Positions 27,979-31,814 of a stretch of 31,814 nucleotides of DNA are shown here, piece after piece (positions within the stretch are counted from its first letter, which is position 1; the number at the start of each line of letters is the position of its first letter). The notes below the pieces were generated by a model that saw only the letters and a program-made list of their open reading frames with translations, did not search any database and was not told the origin of the DNA. A program made the translations under genes and the position numbers. The stretch spans positions 1 to 31,814 of the forward strand of contig JBDTMK010000001.1 in the NCBI GenBank assembly GCA_039934315.1. The letters run 5' to 3'. The stretch is from Pyrinomonadaceae bacterium (lineage in GTDB: Bacteria; Acidobacteriota; Blastocatellia; Pyrinomonadales; Pyrinomonadaceae).

Positions 27979-28485
27979 TCACAGCAGAGCATCAACGGAC
28001 TTCGAGATCGGGATCGTGACGTCGAATTTCGGATCGATGCCGCCGAATGCCGAGCCGGAAACATTACCCTGCTTATCGAGGATCACGAACGATGGAAGCT
28101 GATCGACGCTAAATTTTTTCAGCGTCACCGTCCCGTCCGAATCGCGGAGCACCGGCACGTTGAGCTTACTACCCGCGACGAACTTCTCGATGTCTGCGTT
28201 GGTCGCAAAATTCTTCGATTTTGCATTGGTCGAGTCGGTCGCCACAAAATAAACGACGACGTCCTTGCCCGTGTAACGCTTTGCAAGAACGTTTGTGTAT
28301 TCTGCCTGCTTGTTCGAAAGCGGCAGCCAGCTCGCACCTAAAGCAAGGATAACCACCTTGCCGCGCTGAGCCTGAATATCAACCTGCCCGCCACTAAGCG
28401 AAGCGAGTGAAGTTTGGGCGGACGCGCTCGCGACAGCCGCGACCGTGACAATAAAAACCGCAATCAGATTCTTTATCGATCTCAT
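27979..28485 (-). CDS. Secreted thioredoxin-fold (TlpA/AhpC-TSA-like) protein lacking CxxC
   Basis: Signal peptide from MRSIKNL; RGKVVILALGASWLPLS, DVVVYFV, PVLRDSDG, LPSFVILDKQG. Confidence 0.75.
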   Translation of the reverse strand: MRSIKNLIAVFIVTVAAVASASAQTSLASLSGGQVDIQAQRGKVVILALGASWLPLSNKQAEYTNVLAKRYTGKDVVVYFVATDSTNAKSKNFATNADIEKFVAGSKLNVPVLRDSDGTVTLKKFSVDQLPSFVILDKQGNVSGSAFGGIDPKFDVTIPISKSVDALL

Positions 28486-28542
28486 ATTATTTGAAACACG
28501 GACATCCATGTACCGCGAGTTTAGATGCATATTTGATACCAA

Positions 28543-29397
28543 TCACTGTCCCCGGTTTAGCACGATGTTGTCGATCAGCCGCACTGCCCCAAACCTGACC
28601 GCCGCAGCGATCAATGTTTCCGTATCACTAACCTTTTCAACGGGTTCCAAGGTGCGGGAATCGACCACGGATACATAGTCGACCGCGGCCAGAGGCTCTC
28701 CCGCGATTTGCTCCTGCACTATTTCGATCAAATTCGCGGCATTTCGTTCGCCCTTCTTGAACGCGATCTTCGCCGCGCGGAGTGCGCTAAAAATCACGGC
28801 GGCTTTCTCTCGTTCTTCGTGTGAAAGGATCCGGTTGCGCGACGATAGCGCCAAGCCGGATTCTTCACGCACGGTCGGCACGACGACGATCTCGGTCTCG
28901 AAGCCCAGATCAGCGGTCATGCGCTTTATCACGGCGACTTGCTGCGCGTCCTTTTGACCAAAGAATGCAAGGTCCGGCCGCACCGCATTGAAAAGAATAG
29001 TCACGATCGTCGCGACGCCGCGAAAATGTCCCGGGCGAGACGCACCTTCCAATCCCTCGGAAACACCCTCAACATAAACGTAAGTCGAGAAGCCTCGAGG
29101 GTAAACCTCGGAAACTTCCGGAGCGAAAATGTAGTCGACCTCATACTCCGCAAGAATTGCGGCGTCGGCTGTCAGGTCGCGGGGATAACGCTCGAGGTCG
29201 CCCTTGTCATTGAATTGTTCGGGGTTTACGAAGATCGAAACGATGACGACGTCCGAGGCCGCGTGGGCTTCTTTGACCAGAGCGAGATGCCCCTCGTGCA
29301 AGGCGCCCATCGTCGGGACGAAAGCAACCGTCTTGTTCTCACGCCGAAGCTTGCGTGAGATCGACGCCATCCGTTGCCGGCGGTTAATGATCTCCAT
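28543..29397 (-). CDS. panC: Pantoate--beta-alanine ligase
   Basis: FVPTMGALHEGH, SIFVNPEQF, RPGHFRGV, FGQKDAQQ, GLALSSRN, RLIDN. Confidence 0.97.
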   Translation of the reverse strand: MEIINRRQRMASISRKLRRENKTVAFVPTMGALHEGHLALVKEAHAASDVVIVSIFVNPEQFNDKGDLERYPRDLTADAAILAEYEVDYIFAPEVSEVYPRGFSTYVYVEGVSEGLEGASRPGHFRGVATIVTILFNAVRPDLAFFGQKDAQQVAVIKRMTADLGFETEIVVVPTVREESGLALSSRNRILSHEEREKAAVIFSALRAAKIAFKKGERNAANLIEIVQEQIAGEPLAAVDYVSVVDSRTLEPVEKVSDTETLIAAAVRFGAVRLIDNIVLNRGQ

Positions 29398-29401
29398 AGG
29401 A

Positions 29402-30277
29402 TCAGCGAGAAAACTTTGCCGACTTGGGCTCGATAAGTTTTACGTCTTTCGGCAGACCGTACGATTCTTCTTTGTTCGGATAGTTTCCCGATTTTACGTC
29501 GTCCATCCAGTGCGTGATCGCGTCGGTGATGACTTGGCTGACATTCGCGTACTGCCGCACGAATCGAGGCTGGCGGCCAAACGTGAATCCGATCAGATCG
29601 TGCAGGACGAGAACCTGGATATCGCACGAGCTTCCAGCGCCAATGCCGACCGTCGAGATCGTCAACTCTTTCGTCGCGATCTCTGCGACCTCGCGAGGGA
29701 CGAGCTCGAGGACGATCGAAAATGCTCCCGCCTCTTCCAGCATCTTTGCATCTTCTATCAAAATTTTCGCTGCATCGGCAGTCTTCGCCTGAACCCTGTA
29801 GCCGCCCATCTTATGAACCGACTGCGGCGTCAGACCGACGTGAGCCATGACGGGAATTTCTTCGTCTACCAGCCGCTTCACAAGGCCGATACGATTGCGG
29901 CCGCCCTCGAGTTTGACGGCTTCTGCGCCGCCGTCTTTCATCAGGCGAAGCGCGTTGCGCACGGCATCGTTGTCACCTGTGTGAAAGCTGCCATAGGGCA
30001 TGTCGGCTACAACGAGTGCGCGGCTTGATCCTCGCTTCACGGCCTTTGTCGCAGAACAGATCTCGTCGAGCGTGACAGGGATCGTGTTCCCATAACCGTG
30101 GATGACGTTGCCCATGCTGTCACCGACGAGGATGATGTCGACACCTGCTTCGTCGACGATGCGGGCGGTCGGGTAATCGTATGCCGTAAGGCAAACCAGC
30201 TTATCGCCCTTTTCTTTCGCCGCTCGAAGCGCCGGAACGTAGACCTTTTCGGGTTTATCGGGTTTTAGATAGGCCAT
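29402..30277 (-). CDS. panB: 3-methyl-2-oxobutanoate hydroxymethyltransferase
   Basis: LTAYDY, LVGDSMG, ADMPYGS, AVKLEGG, HVGLTPQ, GIGAG. Confidence 0.97.
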   Translation of the reverse strand: MAYLKPDKPEKVYVPALRAAKEKGDKLVCLTAYDYPTARIVDEAGVDIILVGDSMGNVIHGYGNTIPVTLDEICSATKAVKRGSSRALVVADMPYGSFHTGDNDAVRNALRLMKDGGAEAVKLEGGRNRIGLVKRLVDEEIPVMAHVGLTPQSVHKMGGYRVQAKTADAAKILIEDAKMLEEAGAFSIVLELVPREVAEIATKELTISTVGIGAGSSCDIQVLVLHDLIGFTFGRQPRFVRQYANVSQVITDAITHWMDDVKSGNYPNKEESYGLPKDVKLIEPKSAKFSR

Positions 30278-30314
30278 AAATCGTGAATAGGATAGACCTT
30301 TGCCGAAATCAAGT

Positions 30315-30851
30315 CTAGTGGTTCCGATCTCCGGCGGAACCGATCGTAGATGTTGGGTTCCATCGCGTTACCGCGGATGTGTCGACCGACCCGGCGAGTA
30401 AGGTCTTGATGTCTTTTTGCATGATCGGGTGAACAAAAGTCGGCGCGATCTCACACATTGGGACGAGGACAAAGTTCCGCAGATGCAGGCGAGGATGCGG
30501 CAGCGTGAGGAATTCCGTATCGGTCTGTTCGTGATTGTAAAAAAGCAGGTCAAGGTCGATCGTACGCGGTTTCTTCAGAGATTTGTCCTTGCGTCCAAGC
30601 AGGTACTCGATCCTAAGCATTCTCGCCATCATCTGTGACGGAGTGATGCTCTCGCATTTCAGCTCCGCGACCATGTTGAGAAAATTAGTTTCACTTTCGA
30701 TCTCGACGGGCTCGGTCTCGTAGATTCCGGAAAGTTTGGTTACGGTAAAACTGGCCTCCATCAAACCACGCACAGCAAGCAAAAGATTTCCCGCCCGGTC
30801 TCCGAGGTTCGAACCTATGCTGATATAAGCTGTGATGGTTTCAGTGTCCAA
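30315..30851 (-). CDS. folK: 2-amino-4-hydroxy-6-hydroxymethyldihydropteridine pyrophosphokinase
   Basis: AYISIGSNLGDR, YETEPV, FLNMV, PRTIDLDLL, LPHPRLHLRNFVLVP. The TTG 30851 start is tentative. Confidence 0.9.
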   Translation of the reverse strand: MDTETITAYISIGSNLGDRAGNLLLAVRGLMEASFTVTKLSGIYETEPVEIESETNFLNMVAELKCESITPSQMMARMLRIEYLLGRKDKSLKKPRTIDLDLLFYNHEQTDTEFLTLPHPRLHLRNFVLVPMCEIAPTFVHPIMQKDIKTLLAGSVDTSAVTRWNPTSTIGSAGDRNH

Positions 30852-30906
30852 GCGAGTCAATAATAAAATTGTTGAAGCGTTCTCACAACCTCCCAAAAGT
30901 TCTTCA

Positions 30907-31001
30907 TTACAAAATTAATAATTGCGGAATTACAAAATTGACCGACCAAAGTATGCTGGCGGATTTTTATCGAGGTAATTCTGTAATTCGGTAATTATTA
31001 A
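30907..31001. repeat. AATTAC/GTAATT 8-nt-unit repeat arms (BIME-like mosaic) left of the IS
   Basis: ttacaaaatt...aattgcggaattacaaaattg (30907-30940) and gtaattctgtaattcggtaatt (30975-30996). The complementary arm aattaccgaatttccgcattac resumes right of the IS (31756-31777). Confidence 0.75.
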
Positions 31002-31750
31002 GGGTCTAGAGTACTTGAGCGATCATAATGGATGAGACCCCAACAACGACAACAGCGTTTTGTATAGATTGTCACGGCGGTGATTGAACCTATACTCGCA
31101 CTCTTTGAGGTGGAGCAGAAACTTGTCCTGGCGAAGGCCGTTGAACTTCTGCATCCGTCTTTTGGCGAATGACCAAAAGCTTTCGATTCCGTTTATATGA
31201 CCGGTCTTGTTGGCGAATTCATTCATGTGATGATTAACGCGAAAATGCTTCTTGAATCCGACATCGACCAACCCGTCATAACCACGCCAGCGGTCCGAGT
31301 GGATGACAACGTCGAGACCGACTTTGCCCCGTATAATCGCTTGCAAAGTCTGCTTTTGGCAGTTCGGAACAATCTCGGTATAAACCCATCCGTTACGTTT
31401 GAAAATACCGAAGACGATTGTCTTGCCGCTGGCTCCGCGACCACGCTTTCCCCGGATCCTTCGACGACCAAAATAGGACTCGTCGACCTCGATCTCTCCG
31501 GTCTGAAAAGGAGCGTGTCGCTCGCATTCTTCCAGCAGCCGGACGCGTATTTTTTGAAAGATCAGATTAACGCTTTTTCGAGTTATACCGGTCAGCTCGC
31601 TCGTCTTTGCCGCGGTCAGATCCATCGCAAAATAACGAATTATTTGGCGAAATTTCTTCTCCGCGATTCGGGAACGGCGATAATACCGGTTTACTCGTTG
31701 CACTTCAGTAGCTTAGCACCCCTGTAATTGTGCTTAACTACTCTAGACCC
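31002..31750 (-). mobile_element. Complete IS1595-family insertion sequence (IS1016-like), 749 bp
   Basis: Terminal inverted repeats GGGTCTAGAGTA(C/G)TT(G/A)AGC, 17/19 identical; TTAA directly outside both ends; a single transposase ORF inside. Confidence 0.9.
31023..31703 (-). CDS. IS1595-family DDE transposase
   Basis: EVDESYFG (D), HSDRWRGY (D), NGIESFWS (E), HLKECEYRFN; N-terminal RRSRIAEKKFRQII typical of the IS1016 group. Confidence 0.92.
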   Translation of the reverse strand: MQRVNRYYRRSRIAEKKFRQIIRYFAMDLTAAKTSELTGITRKSVNLIFQKIRVRLLEECERHAPFQTGEIEVDESYFGRRRIRGKRGRGASGKTIVFGIFKRNGWVYTEIVPNCQKQTLQAIIRGKVGLDVVIHSDRWRGYDGLVDVGFKKHFRVNHHMNEFANKTGHINGIESFWSFAKRRMQKFNGLRQDKFLLHLKECEYRFNHRRDNLYKTLLSLLGSHPL

Positions 31751-31814
31751 TTAACAATTACCGAATTTCCGCATTACAGGCCAAGAAACTTCCTGCAAGT
31801 AATTCGTGATCCTG

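Noticed and set aside
1-31814. tRNA, rRNA, prophage or defence-system genes
   Set aside because: No cloverleaf, rRNA signature, or phage/defence protein motifs recognised.

Overview
Mostly housekeeping DNA from a probable Acidobacteriota (Blastocatellia/Pyrinomonadaceae-like) genome; the taxon is inferred from the FG-GAP-tailed secreted proteins and the repeat families. Gene order: PLP aminotransferase, secreted hypothetical, mpl, dacB, two large secreted proteins sharing a near-identical C-terminal FG-GAP cassette (a di-heme cytochrome c peroxidase/MauG-like protein and a BNR/Vps10-like propeller), a divergent copper-amine-oxidase-like protein, class II ribonucleotide reductase nrdJ (with a sigma70 promoter and tandem NrdR boxes), hslO, flavin reductase, ispA, oligopeptidase B, a small ORF missing from the track that encodes (D)GLLISD repeats, a membrane GGDEF-EAL protein, a dciA-gatC-lipoprotein-gatA run, maf, a Cys-less TlpA-like protein, folK-panB-panC, and a complete IS1595-family (IS1016-like) element. 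Best leads: (1) the repeat peptide next to the membrane c-di-GMP enzyme; (2) the IS sitting exactly at the apex of a palindromic repeat with a TTAA duplication; (3) the amine-oxidase fold with WYRY in place of the NYD/E TPQ motif; (4) several unrelated short-unit palindromic repeat families, some inside coding sequence. The ORF track lists maf on the minus strand, but the sequence shows it on plus.
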